Assembly: GCA_023701285.1 (NCBI GenBank)
Contig: JAMPXH010000005.1
Coordinates: 2,240-66,239, forward strand
Source: Candidatus Didemnitutus sp.
GTDB taxonomy: Bacteria > Verrucomicrobiota > Verrucomicrobiia > Opitutales > Opitutaceae
Reading direction: 5' to 3'
DNA: 64,000 nt
Of this stretch, positions 1 to 8,252 are shown piece after piece. Position 1 is the stretch's first letter. Each line of letters begins with the position of its first letter. A program made the translations under genes and the position numbers. The notes under the pieces were generated by a model that saw only the letters and a list, made by a program, of their open reading frames with translations, ran no database searches and was not told the DNA's origin.

Positions 1-399
1 TTGCACCTTCGTTTGCGTGACGGTGCGCAAGTCGAGTGTCGCCGAGTCGCCGAGGAACGCGACGAAGTCAGCAATCACCTTGCTATAGCGCTCGCCGGTT
101 TTCACGGCCTTCTGTGTGCCTTGCGTTTCGGCCCAGCGCGTGAGCCAGGCGCCGGCCGGGTTCGGCTCCATGCGCTTTCCGGTCATCTGTTCGTAGAGCC
201 CGCGCAAAACGCGCTCGAATTGCACGCCCTGCGGGTTCTCAAGTAGGAGCATCTTGCCACCGCTCTCCCAAAGGTGCGCGATCTCAAGCGCCTTCGTGCG
301 GCTGCGTTGCTTCGTGCTCTTGGCGGTCCATTCGCCCTCGGGAGTGCGGAAGCGCGCCATCCAGTAAGGGGAATTTGGTCGTTGATAAACGCTGGCCAT
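1..399 (-). CDS. Tyrosine recombinase/integrase, N-terminal part (runs off the left edge of the window)
   Basis: Not in the ORF track. Translated by hand from ATG at 399: MASVYQRPNSPYWMARFRTPEGEWTAKSTKQRSRTKALEIAHLWE...WLTRWAETQ...TGERYSKVIADFVAFLG, typical of an arm-binding plus core-binding integrase N-terminus. It lies next to a tRNA 3' fragment. Confidence 0.75.
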   Translation of the reverse strand, partial: MASVYQRPNSPYWMARFRTPEGEWTAKSTKQRSRTKALEIAHLWESGGKMLLLENPQGVQFERVLRGLYEQMTGKRMEPNPAGAWLTRWAETQGTQKAVKTGERYSKVIADFVAFLGDSATLDLRTVTQTKVQ

Positions 400-491
400 G
401 TAGCAAACTGTAACAAGGCAATGACGTTTGCCAATGTTTATTGAAGTCCTTTTTTACTCTACGGCACGCGCTTTCACTGTGCGCTGCGGGA

Positions 492-522
492 ATCGGCGGT
501 TCGATTCCGCCCCGCACCTCCA
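492..522 (+). mobile_element. tRNA 3' fragment (probably tRNA-Cys), candidate attR/attL core
   Basis: GGCGG-TTCGATT-CCGCC is a perfect T-arm, followed by CCGCACC-T-CCA. There is no matching 5' acceptor strand (GGTGCGG) or D-arm upstream. U73 with C71/C72 favours Cys over Gly. It sits ~90 bp from the integrase start. Confidence 0.75.
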
Positions 523-583
523 GCTTTCCTGGACCCCTCTGTCAGAGGAAAACCGGCCGCCGAAGGTGCTGCGGGCGTCCCCT

Positions 584-606
584 CGTGGATAAAACTTTTA
601 TCCACG
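584..606. repeat. Perfect 23-bp palindrome CGTGGATAAAA-C-TTTTATCCACG
   Basis: 11-bp arms read directly; each arm contains TTATCCACG, an 8/9 match to the DnaA box TTATCCACA. Confidence 0.7.
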
Positions 607-752
607 CAGGCCCCGGTTGGGGCTGAAGATTCTGAAAAAAATTCTTCGAGGACTTAGACAGGGACTTCCTTTTAGTTCCAAGCAGGGGCATGGGCCGCCC
701 CCTGCAACGTCCGACGCTCAAACCGCTCAAGAGAGCGGATGGGACTGTGCGC

Positions 753-917
753 GGGTATCCCGAACGCTTCGCCCAGCTCGTCCTCGGCCACAACAGCCCG
801 GCCGTCCACCGCGCCTATGCGAGGAACGCGCGGGTTACGCTCCCGCCGCTGGAAGACTACGAAAAGGGCGCGACCGCTGCGCCGGTAGTCCCGCTCCCGA
901 TCTCAACCACCGCCTGA
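753..917 (+). pseudogene. C-terminal remnant of a tyrosine recombinase
   Basis: GYPERFAQLVLGHNSPAVHRAYARNARVTLPPLEDYEK contains the box II LGH...Y catalytic motif. The upstream catalytic domain is absent. Confidence 0.7.
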
Positions 918-937
918 CATGCACTCCTTGCCTTCAC

Positions 938-964
938 TTGACTTTGTGACCATTTTGGTCACAA
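938..964 (+). promoter_or_regulatory. higBA promoter -35 (TTGACT) with overlapping perfect inverted-repeat operator TTGTGACCA-TTT-TGGTCACAA
   Basis: 9-bp perfect inverted repeat at 944-964, directly after TTGACT and 15 bp before the higB ATG. This fits antitoxin autorepression. Confidence 0.7.
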
Positions 965-979
965 CTAAGCCCTGACCCG

Positions 980-1285
980 ATGCGAATCATCACTCGAAAG
1001 TTTCTTGAAGCATCCAAGGTCACTTATCCCAAGGCCCGGGCACCCTTGGATCACTGGCATCGCGTGATCCGCGCCGCCAAGTGGCAGGATCTCGCCCAGA
1101 CCCGTCAGTCCTTCCCTCATGCCGACCAAATCACGGTTAGAAGCGGTAGGGCGGTCACGGTTTTCAACATCACCAACGATTTTCGTCTCATCACCGCCAT
1201 TCACTACAATCGCCAGGAGGTCTTCACGCTGCGGTTTCTGACCCACGCGGACTACGACAAAGACACCTGGAAAAACACGCTATGA
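980..1285 (+). CDS. higB: HigB/RelE-family mRNA interferase toxin
   Basis: 101 aa, MRIITRK...VFNITNDFRLITAIHYNRQEVFTLRFLTHADYDK. Toxin-first order with ATGA overlap into the antitoxin. Confidence 0.88.
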   Translation: MRIITRKFLEASKVTYPKARAPLDHWHRVIRAAKWQDLAQTRQSFPHADQITVRSGRAVTVFNITNDFRLITAIHYNRQEVFTLRFLTHADYDKDTWKNTL

Positions 1286-1701
1286 AAGCCACCGCACTCG
1301 CCTTCGCCCGCCTGCCCAAGACCTACTCCGGTCTCGTCGCCCTGCACATGCCGCGCCCGATCCACGACAAGGTGGCCTACGACAACGCCGTGGAGGTCGT
1401 GCATGCCTTGGCCGGCCACAAGCTAAACCATGACCAGGACGACTACCTTGCCATCATGGCCAAGCTCGTGGAGGACTACGAAAGCGAGAGCGTCCCGGAG
1501 CCGAAGCCGGTCAAGGGCATCGAGGCCCTGAAATTCCTGCTGGAGGAAAATGACCTCACCGCTGACGACTTGGGCGAGATCATCGGCGTCAACCGCTCCA
1601 TCGCTTATCGCATCCTCAAGGGAGCCCGGAATCTCACCGCCGATCATGTCAAAAAACTCGCTGCCCGTTTCGCCGTGAGCGCCGACCTGTTCCTCGCCTA
1701 A
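1282..1701 (+). CDS. higA: HigA-family HTH antitoxin
   Basis: 139 aa with PRPIHD...Y, LVEDYE and a C-terminal XRE HTH (LTADDLGEIIGVNRSIAYRILKGARNLT). Confidence 0.88.
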   Translation: MKATALAFARLPKTYSGLVALHMPRPIHDKVAYDNAVEVVHALAGHKLNHDQDDYLAIMAKLVEDYESESVPEPKPVKGIEALKFLLEENDLTADDLGEIIGVNRSIAYRILKGARNLTADHVKKLAARFAVSADLFLA

Positions 1702-1755
1702 ACGATCTCGGTGCTCGGGACAGGTAGAGCGCTTGTCCTCAGGGCGCTTTCCGGC

Positions 1756-2030
1756 TCATGCCGGCAGGCTGAACTCCATCGGTTGACCGACGTCCACGCT
1801 ACGACGCACCTGAGCAGCCTTGTGCTGGTTCTTTGTCCGCCAGTGCTGGCTCACTGCGTTGGTCATCTTCGCCAGCCAACTCCGGTCCTTGGTGAACTCG
1901 ATGACATTCACCGCGGCGAAATACTTCACGCTATTCGGCTGTGGCGTCCCCAGCGGCTTGAGCAACCGCGCCGCCACCAGCACCGGCACATCATGCGGCT
2001 GGCAGTTCAGCACCCACGCCGTCTGCTCTG
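1756..2030 (-). pseudogene. Decayed small mobile-element protein (excisionase/HTH-like)
   Basis: EQTAWVLNCQPHDVPVLVAARLLKPLG...KYFAAV...KDRSWLAKMTNAVSQHW resembles small DNA-binding proteins recalled from Verrucomicrobia integrative elements. The 5' end looks scrambled. Family assignment is from memory. Confidence 0.45.
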
Positions 2031-2143
2031 GCCGATGGCAGCGGGCACCCCAACGCATCCAGCTTTCCCGCTTCGGGCAATGGGTCGTAGCAGGAATTAA
2101 TCCGCCTGCTGTCCGCTGGCTTGGCACTCGCCAACCGCGCGCG

Positions 2144-3319
2144 TCACTGAGGAGAATCGGGCACCGTCACGACCGTCGCACTTTCCTGTTCCCCGTCGGC
2201 CGCGTTCAATACAGTGACGTAGCTCATGGCGTCGCCCGTTTCGGAAATCTGGGCGACGGCATCGGCAATCGCGAGGGAGGCGATGGTGGCGGGGAACTGC
2301 GAGGGCACGTCCGGATCGAAGCTCGCGCTCTCCATCATGGCTTTGGTCAGCAGTCCGTCGCGGTTGAGTGCGAGCCGGGTGAGGGCGGCGGCGTTGAGGT
2401 GCAGGTTGCTCGGTGCGGCGCGGTAATCCTTGGCGTTGGCAGGCATGCTGAAGCTCACTCCTTCGGCGCTGAGGTGCTGGGCATAACGCGGAGAGAGCTG
2501 GTAGCGCCGGCCGGCGTAGGTGATCATCAGGTCCTGCGGGGCGATGTTGTCGCCCTGACTGTCCGGCAGCGGCCCGGGACCCACTTCGATGAACATCGGG
2601 TCGGCGCTCTTGTAGAACTCGTCCGCGGCGGCGGCATTGGCGTAGCGGCGCAGGGCGAGCTTGCCGTTGAAGTTCTCCTTCACGTTGGACACGTAGCTGC
2701 CGCTGGAGCTGAAAAAAACCGGGAAACTGGCGTTCGCCTGCGTGTCGACGAGCTGATGGCGGAAGAGCAGGGCGGGAGCCATGATCATCTTGCTGAAGAT
2801 GATGAAGCGCCGTGCCGCGTGCAGCTGTCCGGCAACTTGGGCGAGCATCAGGTCGTAAGGATTCACCTTGATGGCCAGATTGTAGGCGGCATCGGCCTGC
2901 GTGTGGTCGATCTCGAGCAGGTATTCGTATTTTGCCTTGGCGCTGATCTCGAAGAAGTAATTCAGCCCGCCGCCGGCGGTGGTCGAGAGGTAGCGGCGCG
3001 ACGAGAACATCGGGGTGCTGTTTCGCGCCACGGTGATTTCCTTGAACTTGTTGAAGAAGTTCACGCGCGCGGTCTCGGTCACCTTGCCGTTGGCGACGAC
3101 CCGCGTTTGCAGGAAGTCGAGCGTCTTGTAGTTGGCGCGGATCAGCCGAGTGACTTCTGCGTCGTCGAAGTTTCCGTCGGCGGTCGGCGTGAGGGTCTGG
3201 GTCTCGAACCCGCCGGGGAAGATGAAATAGCCGCCGGAAACCTTGGTGGCTTCGTCGGCGGCGAGCAGGGAAAGTGCGCCGAGGGCGCAGGTTCCTACGA
3301 GGACAAGGAGTCGCTTCAT
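2144..3319 (-). CDS. Hypothetical exported protein (~391 aa)
   Basis: Signal peptide MKRLLVLVGTCALGALSLLAA, long ORF with coding-like composition, no recognised family motif. Confidence 0.75.
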   Translation of the reverse strand: MKRLLVLVGTCALGALSLLAADEATKVSGGYFIFPGGFETQTLTPTADGNFDDAEVTRLIRANYKTLDFLQTRVVANGKVTETARVNFFNKFKEITVARNSTPMFSSRRYLSTTAGGGLNYFFEISAKAKYEYLLEIDHTQADAAYNLAIKVNPYDLMLAQVAGQLHAARRFIIFSKMIMAPALLFRHQLVDTQANASFPVFFSSSGSYVSNVKENFNGKLALRRYANAAAADEFYKSADPMFIEVGPGPLPDSQGDNIAPQDLMITYAGRRYQLSPRYAQHLSAEGVSFSMPANAKDYRAAPSNLHLNAAALTRLALNRDGLLTKAMMESASFDPDVPSQFPATIASLAIADAVAQISETGDAMSYVTVLNAADGEQESATVVTVPDSPQ

Positions 3320-3526
3320 AAGGAGGGGCGTGGAGGGTGGCGTGGCACGTCGCTGGCCCGGCGACGAAGCTGTGGATGTCATGCCCTCGTGGCATGGGCA
3401 AACCCATTATCGGACGGGCCGACGCCGAGACTCGGCGTTCAAGGCGCCGTGCCGAAACGATCCTGCCGAGTCTGAGAACTCGACGCGCGGAGGCGCGCAA
3501 GCAGAGCGGTCTCGGCGGGCTCAGGC

Positions 3527-4963
3527 TTACGCCACCGTGCTCGGCGTGACTTGGCCGACGCGGATGGCGAAGGAGAACTTCGAGCCTTGGCCGGGCGTGC
3601 TCTCGACCCAGATGTTGCCGCCCATCAGCTCGGTGAGGCGCTTGCAGATGATCAGGCCGAGGCCCGTGCCGCCGTATTTGCGCGAGGTGGCGGCGTCGGC
3701 TTGGGCGAAGGGGCGGAACAGCTTGGCGATCTGCTCGGGAGTGAGCCCGACGCCGGTGTCCTCGATGGTGAACCGGAGCAGCAGCTCGTCGCGTGCGTGG
3801 TCGGAGGCGAGGGCGTCGAGGTGCACGGTCACGCCGCCGCGGCGGGTGAATTTCACCGCGTTGCCGACGAGGTTGATGAGGATCTGGCGCAGGCGGTAGA
3901 CGTCGCCGGAGACGACGGCGGGCACGTCGATGGCGATCTTGCTGTCGAGGGCGAGCTGGGCGGCGTCGGCCTTGGGGGCGAAGAATGCGACGACATCCTG
4001 CACGCAGTTGCGCGGGGAGAAGGGGGCGTGCTCGAGCTCGATCTTGCCCGCCTCGATCTTGGAGAAGTCGAGGATGTCGTTGATGAGGAAAAGGAGCGAA
4101 TCGCCGCTGCTGCGGATCAGGTTCACGTATTCGCTCTGCTCGGCCGTGAGTTCGGTGTCGCCGAGGATGTCGGCGAAGCCGATCACACCGCTGATGGGGT
4201 TGCGGATCTCGTGGCTGACGATGGCGAGGAACTCGCCCTTGGCGCGGTTGGCGGCCTCGGCGGCCTCCTTGGCGCGGAGCAGCGCGGCCTCGGCGAGCTT
4301 GCGTGCGGTGATGTCGTGGCCGACGGCCTGATATTCGTGGATGCGGCCCTCGTTGTCGTGGATCTCGCGGACGATCCACTGCAGCCAGACCGTGCCGGCG
4401 GGGGTCGGGATTTCCTGCTCGAAGGTCTGCACCGCCGGGTCGCTGTTCCACGGCAGGCGGCTGCGGCTGGTGAGCCCGGCGAAGGGCGTGCCGAGCAGGT
4501 CGGCGCGCTTCTTCGCATAAAAGCGGCAGTAGGCGCCGTTCACAAACGTCAGCGTGCCGTCCTGCTTGTAGCGGCAGATCAGGTCGAACTGGTCCTCGAC
4601 GATGCCGCGGTAGCTGGCCTCCACGCGTTGCAACGAGCGCGCCATGCGCTCGATCTGCCGCGCGAGCCCGATGATCTCGTCGTGCCCAACCTCGTCGTCC
4701 TTGGCGGGTGCGGGCGGCTCGTCGAGGTCGGTCTGGATCGAGCGGGCTTGGCTGCCGAGCGCGCGCAGGCGCGTGATCATGGCGCGGTCCCAGAGGTAGC
4801 CGCTCAGGACCAGCAGCACGCAGCCGATGATCGAGAGGGACACGACGTAGTAGGCCGTGCCCATGCGCTCGCGCAGGTCGTCCTGCAAGATGATGGCGGC
4901 CAGGCCGGCCATCAGGCTCAGCGCGAGCGCGTAAATCATCGAGGTCTTGCGGGAACTGCTCAT
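3527..4963 (-). CDS. Membrane PAS-domain sensor histidine kinase (no receiver domain)
   Basis: Two TM helices, PAS (YRGIVEDQFDLICR), H-box FLAIVSHEIRNP, N-box QILINLVGNAVKFT, G-boxes DTGVG and GGTGLGL. Confidence 0.92.
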   Translation of the reverse strand: MSSSRKTSMIYALALSLMAGLAAIILQDDLRERMGTAYYVVSLSIIGCVLLVLSGYLWDRAMITRLRALGSQARSIQTDLDEPPAPAKDDEVGHDEIIGLARQIERMARSLQRVEASYRGIVEDQFDLICRYKQDGTLTFVNGAYCRFYAKKRADLLGTPFAGLTSRSRLPWNSDPAVQTFEQEIPTPAGTVWLQWIVREIHDNEGRIHEYQAVGHDITARKLAEAALLRAKEAAEAANRAKGEFLAIVSHEIRNPISGVIGFADILGDTELTAEQSEYVNLIRSSGDSLLFLINDILDFSKIEAGKIELEHAPFSPRNCVQDVVAFFAPKADAAQLALDSKIAIDVPAVVSGDVYRLRQILINLVGNAVKFTRRGGVTVHLDALASDHARDELLLRFTIEDTGVGLTPEQIAKLFRPFAQADAATSRKYGGTGLGLIICKRLTELMGGNIWVESTPGQGSKFSFAIRVGQVTPSTVA

Positions 4964-5023
4964 GCGGGGGTGTCTGCGACGCAGCGTGCGTCAATCTCAG
5001 GGATGTGTCTAACCGTTTTTAAC

Positions 5024-6388
5024 CTAGGGCTTTTCGGCCCCCTCAGAATCGAGTTGATGAAGCGGAGGCAGCGTCTTGAGTCCGGGCCAGACCAGAGCCA
5101 CCGCGGCCGCGACCGCGATGGAGCCGAGGCCGCCGAGCGTGGCAGCCAGCACCGGCCCGAGCAGCGCCGCGATCAGACCGGCGCGCAGGGCGGAGATCTC
5201 GTTCGAGGAGCCGATGAAGAGCTGGTTCACCGACGTGACGCGTCCGCGCAGGAAGTCGGGCGTCAGCAGTTGCACGACCGAGTGGCGCACGACCACGCTG
5301 ACGTTGTCGCAGGCGCCGCTGAGGAACAGCGCCAGCAGCGACAACCACAGCGACGAGGAGAGCCCGAAAACGATCATCGCGGCGCCGAAGCCGACGACGG
5401 ACCAGAGCATGACCAGCCCGGGCCGCCGCCACGGTGCCGAGTGCGCGACGACGAACGCCATCGTGATGGCGCCGAGCGCGGGCGCGGCACGCAGCCAGCC
5501 GAGCCCGGCCGGTCCGACGTGCAGGATCTGGTCGGCGTAGATCGGGAGGAGGATCACCGCGCCGCCGAAGATCACGGCGAACATGTCGAGCGTCATCGCC
5601 GCCAGCAGCGGCTGGCGCCGCCAGATGAAGCGGGCGCCGGCGAGCGTGCCCGTGTTCTGCCCGGAAGGCGCTGCCGCCGCCGGCGCGCTCCGCAGGGAGA
5701 CGCCGCGCAACGCCCAAGCGAGCGAGAGCGCGCAGACGACATCGAGCGCATAGACGAGCGAGTAGCCCGAGGCGGCGACGATCAGGCCGCCGAGCGCGGG
5801 GCCGACGACCGTGGAGAGTTCGAAGGTGCTCGAACTCCAGGTGACGGCGTTGCTCAGCGAGCGCGTCGGCACCAGCAGCGGCACGATCGAGCCGCGCGCC
5901 GGCGAGGCGATGACACGCACCACGGCGTGCAGCAACAGCAGCAGATAGACGAGGGGCAGAGCGGGCTTGTCGAAGGTCAGCGCGGACGGATCGACTTGTT
6001 GTTCGAAGACGAGGGCGATGGACCGCAGGCCGGCGTTGGCGGCGTCGAGCAGGGCGAGGCGCGGGATCGCCGCCTCGTAATGGCTGACAGCGGCGAGCGC
6101 GAGCGAGAGCAGGCTGGTGGCGGCCATGCCGCGCACGATGATCGTGCGGCGATCCACGCGATCCGCGAGCGCGCCGGCTGGCAGCACGAAGAGCAGCAGC
6201 GGGATGACGTTCACCAAGCCCACGAGGCCGAGCGCGGTGGCGGAGTGCGTCCACTGGTAGATCTGCCAGGTGGCCGCGATGCTGACGGCTTGGCGGCCGA
6301 TGTTCGTGAGGAAGTTGCCGATCAGGTAACGGCGATAACCGACCTCGCGCAGTGCGGCGTAAGGATCGCGGGCGCCGTCACTCGTCAT
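5024..6388 (-). CDS. MFS transporter (EntS/DHA3-like)
   Basis: About 12 hydrophobic segments, MFS motif A GALADRVDRR, and LRGRVTSVN in the second half. Confidence 0.88.
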   Translation of the reverse strand: MTSDGARDPYAALREVGYRRYLIGNFLTNIGRQAVSIAATWQIYQWTHSATALGLVGLVNVIPLLLFVLPAGALADRVDRRTIIVRGMAATSLLSLALAAVSHYEAAIPRLALLDAANAGLRSIALVFEQQVDPSALTFDKPALPLVYLLLLLHAVVRVIASPARGSIVPLLVPTRSLSNAVTWSSSTFELSTVVGPALGGLIVAASGYSLVYALDVVCALSLAWALRGVSLRSAPAAAAPSGQNTGTLAGARFIWRRQPLLAAMTLDMFAVIFGGAVILLPIYADQILHVGPAGLGWLRAAPALGAITMAFVVAHSAPWRRPGLVMLWSVVGFGAAMIVFGLSSSLWLSLLALFLSGACDNVSVVVRHSVVQLLTPDFLRGRVTSVNQLFIGSSNEISALRAGLIAALLGPVLAATLGGLGSIAVAAAVALVWPGLKTLPPLHQLDSEGAEKP

Positions 6389-6439
6389 GGCAGGCGGCCG
6401 CGAGGGCCGGGCCGGCGGCGGGGCGTGCTGGCCGGGGCT

Positions 6440-7264
6440 TCAACGCGCGAAGAACGGATTGTAGCGCCGTTCCTGGTTCAGGGTCGTCAACGGGCCGTGG
6501 CCCGGAGCGAGCACGGTGTCGGCGGGCAGGCGGAAGATTTTTTCCCGGTTGTTGGTCCACTGGTCGGCGTAGTGCTCGCGGCTGCCGCCCATCGAGGCGG
6601 CGAAGAGCGAGTCGCCCACGATGGCGAGCGGCCAGGAAAGCCCGGTGACGTAGAACGTGGTCTGGCCGGGCGAATGGCCCCAGGTGAGGAGCGTCTTGAT
6701 GGCCAGCTCGCCGAGGTGGAAGTGTGCGTTCTCGGCGAAGGTCTGCGCGCCCGGGAAGGGCGCCGGCTCGCGCTCGCTGGACCACACGGGCGCGCCCGTC
6801 GCGGTGGCGAGGCGGGTGAGATCGGCGACGTGATCCTCGTGCGTGTGGGTGAGGAAGATCATGCGCAGCGTGAGTTTCTCCGCGGCGATGGTGTCGAGCA
6901 GGGCGGTGGCGTCGGTGCCGGTGTCGAACGCGGCGGCGAGGCGCGTCTTGGCGTCCCACACGAGGTAGCTGTTCACCGTCATGTCGTCGTGGGCGGTGTT
7001 GAACATCGCGAAGCCGCGCGGGAAGAGCGGTTGCTCGGGATACCATTCCTTGCGCGCCAGCGAGAGCAGGGCGGCCGGGTTGAGCTGGAGGGCGCGGGCG
7101 ACGGCGCGCAGCGGGCGGTCGCGGATCTCGCCTTGCTGCAGGGCGGCGAACTCGGCGGCGCTGATGCCGGCCTTGGTTGTCAGGTCCGCATCGCTGAGGC
7201 GCAGGCCGCGCTGGGCCTTGCCGATGACGTCGGTGAAATTGTCCTCCAGGGGAATCCGTGGCAT
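6440..7264 (-). CDS. Metallo-beta-lactamase-fold hydrolase (glyoxalase II-like) with N-terminal XRE-like HTH
   Basis: THTHEDH metal motif, GHSPG, GDSLF, PGHGP and NPFF. The first ~70 aa are helical and HTH-like (LSDADLTTKAGIS). Confidence 0.85.
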   Translation of the reverse strand: MPRIPLEDNFTDVIGKAQRGLRLSDADLTTKAGISAAEFAALQQGEIRDRPLRAVARALQLNPAALLSLARKEWYPEQPLFPRGFAMFNTAHDDMTVNSYLVWDAKTRLAAAFDTGTDATALLDTIAAEKLTLRMIFLTHTHEDHVADLTRLATATGAPVWSSEREPAPFPGAQTFAENAHFHLGELAIKTLLTWGHSPGQTTFYVTGLSWPLAIVGDSLFAASMGGSREHYADQWTNNREKIFRLPADTVLAPGHGPLTTLNQERRYNPFFAR

Positions 7265-7357
7265 GGGCCGAGCATTCGCCGTCGCGCCCGCGCCGCAAGT
7301 GCGAAGCCGACGGCGCGGCTGTTGACCTGCCGCGGGCGGGACCGCATGCTGGCGGCG

Positions 7358-8005
7358 ATGAATCTACGAATCCTGGCCCTCCTGGCCTTGGTGGGGTGCG
7401 CGGGCGCGGTGGCGGCCGAAGCACCGAAACTGACCGCTTACGAGCGCTCGCAGGGATGGAAACTCCTCTTTGACGGCCGTGACACCTCGGACTGGCGCGC
7501 CTTCGGCGGCAACAAGCTGCCGGCCAACTGGCAGGTGCGGGACGGCTCGCTGGCCGGGGCGGCGGGCGGCGCGATCGCCAGTGCGGAGGAGTTCGGGGAT
7601 TTCGAGTTGCAGTTCGACTGGCGCGTGGCGCCCGGCGGCCGCGGCGCCGTGCACATCCGCGCTGACGAAGAGGCCGCCACGCCGGAAGCGAGCGGTCCGG
7701 TGATGCTGCTGGCCGGCCACGGCGACGCGCTGGGCGGCAACGGTCTCCGCGCCCCCGATCGCGCGATCCCGCCGCAATTCGATGTCTGGTATCGCGCCAA
7801 GATCGTCGTGTTCGGCAACCAAGTGGAGTATTTCATCAACGGCGACCGGGTCGCGAGCTACATGCTCGACACGGCGGAGTGGCGCGCGGCGGTCGCGGGC
7901 AGCCCGCAGGCCGGCGTGAAGGATTTCGGCCGGTTGCGCGCGGGGCGCATCGTGTTCACCGGCGAGGGTGTCGAGCTCCGCAACGTGAAGGTGCGCAACC
8001 TCTGA
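7358..8005 (+). CDS. DUF1080 / 3-keto-disaccharide hydrolase family exported protein
   Basis: C-terminal part of the 1484-aa track ORF. Signal peptide, GWKLLFDG, FGDFELQFDW, WYRAKI and FRNV-like (LRNVKVR) motifs. Confidence 0.85.
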   Translation: MNLRILALLALVGCAGAVAAEAPKLTAYERSQGWKLLFDGRDTSDWRAFGGNKLPANWQVRDGSLAGAAGGAIASAEEFGDFELQFDWRVAPGGRGAVHIRADEEAATPEASGPVMLLAGHGDALGGNGLRAPDRAIPPQFDVWYRAKIVVFGNQVEYFINGDRVASYMLDTAEWRAAVAGSPQAGVKDFGRLRAGRIVFTGEGVELRNVKVRNL

Positions 8006-8013
8006 GCCGGACC

Positions 8014-8123
8014 CATGCAGTTGGACGCGATTCCCGACTGATGAGCTCCTGACAATGGGGTGGTCGCCGCTGTCCCAGCGGCGACAGGCGTCGGTAGGGA
8101 CACCGACGCCCGCCACCTGCATG
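8014..8123. ncRNA. Candidate structured RNA or repeat element (multi-stem, complementary hairpin loops); family unassigned
   Basis: Closing stem 8014-8024/8113-8123, perfect hairpins at 8063-8085 and 8087-8110, and loop-region sequences TGTCCC and GGGACA that are complementary. Confidence 0.4.
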
Positions 8124-8192
8124 ATCCCGGCTGAGGCGGCGCGGCGGCGCGATCGCGCCACGGTTTCGCGGCGGACTGAAGCCGCGGGCCGG

Positions 8193-8226
8193 AAACCAAA
8201 CAGGCGGCGCCTCGCGGCGCCGCCTG
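8193..8226 (-). terminator. Intrinsic terminator of tolC
   Basis: 11-bp GC stem CAGGCGGCGCC/GGCGCCGCCTG followed on the minus strand by TTTGGTTT, 27 bp after the tolC stop. Confidence 0.6.
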
Positions 8227-8252
8227 CTGGACACACACACACTGACTGAAAT

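Noticed and set aside
463-522. Complete tRNA (CTTTCAC suggests a Glu anticodon loop)
   Set aside because: No D-arm or 5' acceptor strand, and the putative anticodon stem pairs poorly. Only the T-arm and 3' end are genuine, so it is an att fragment.
3395-3470. c-di-GMP-I riboswitch (GGGCAAACCC)
   Set aside because: Lacks the GNRA-capped P2 and GGACGCAAAGC elements, and it is on the strand opposite the downstream gene.
3551-8005. 1484-aa plus-strand ORF
   Set aside because: Antisense shadow of the kinase, MFS and MBL genes in high-GC DNA; only the last 215 codons (DUF1080) are a real gene.
8038-8197. Hammerhead ribozyme (CTGATGAG core)
   Set aside because: No correctly placed C-GAAA after a stem II, and no GAAA upstream for a permuted form. 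A fluoride riboswitch was also considered, but its 5' GAUGG...UUC part is missing.
8229-8241. (AC)n microsatellite as a phase-variation switch
   Set aside because: Only ~6 units, located downstream of a stop codon rather than in a promoter or CDS.
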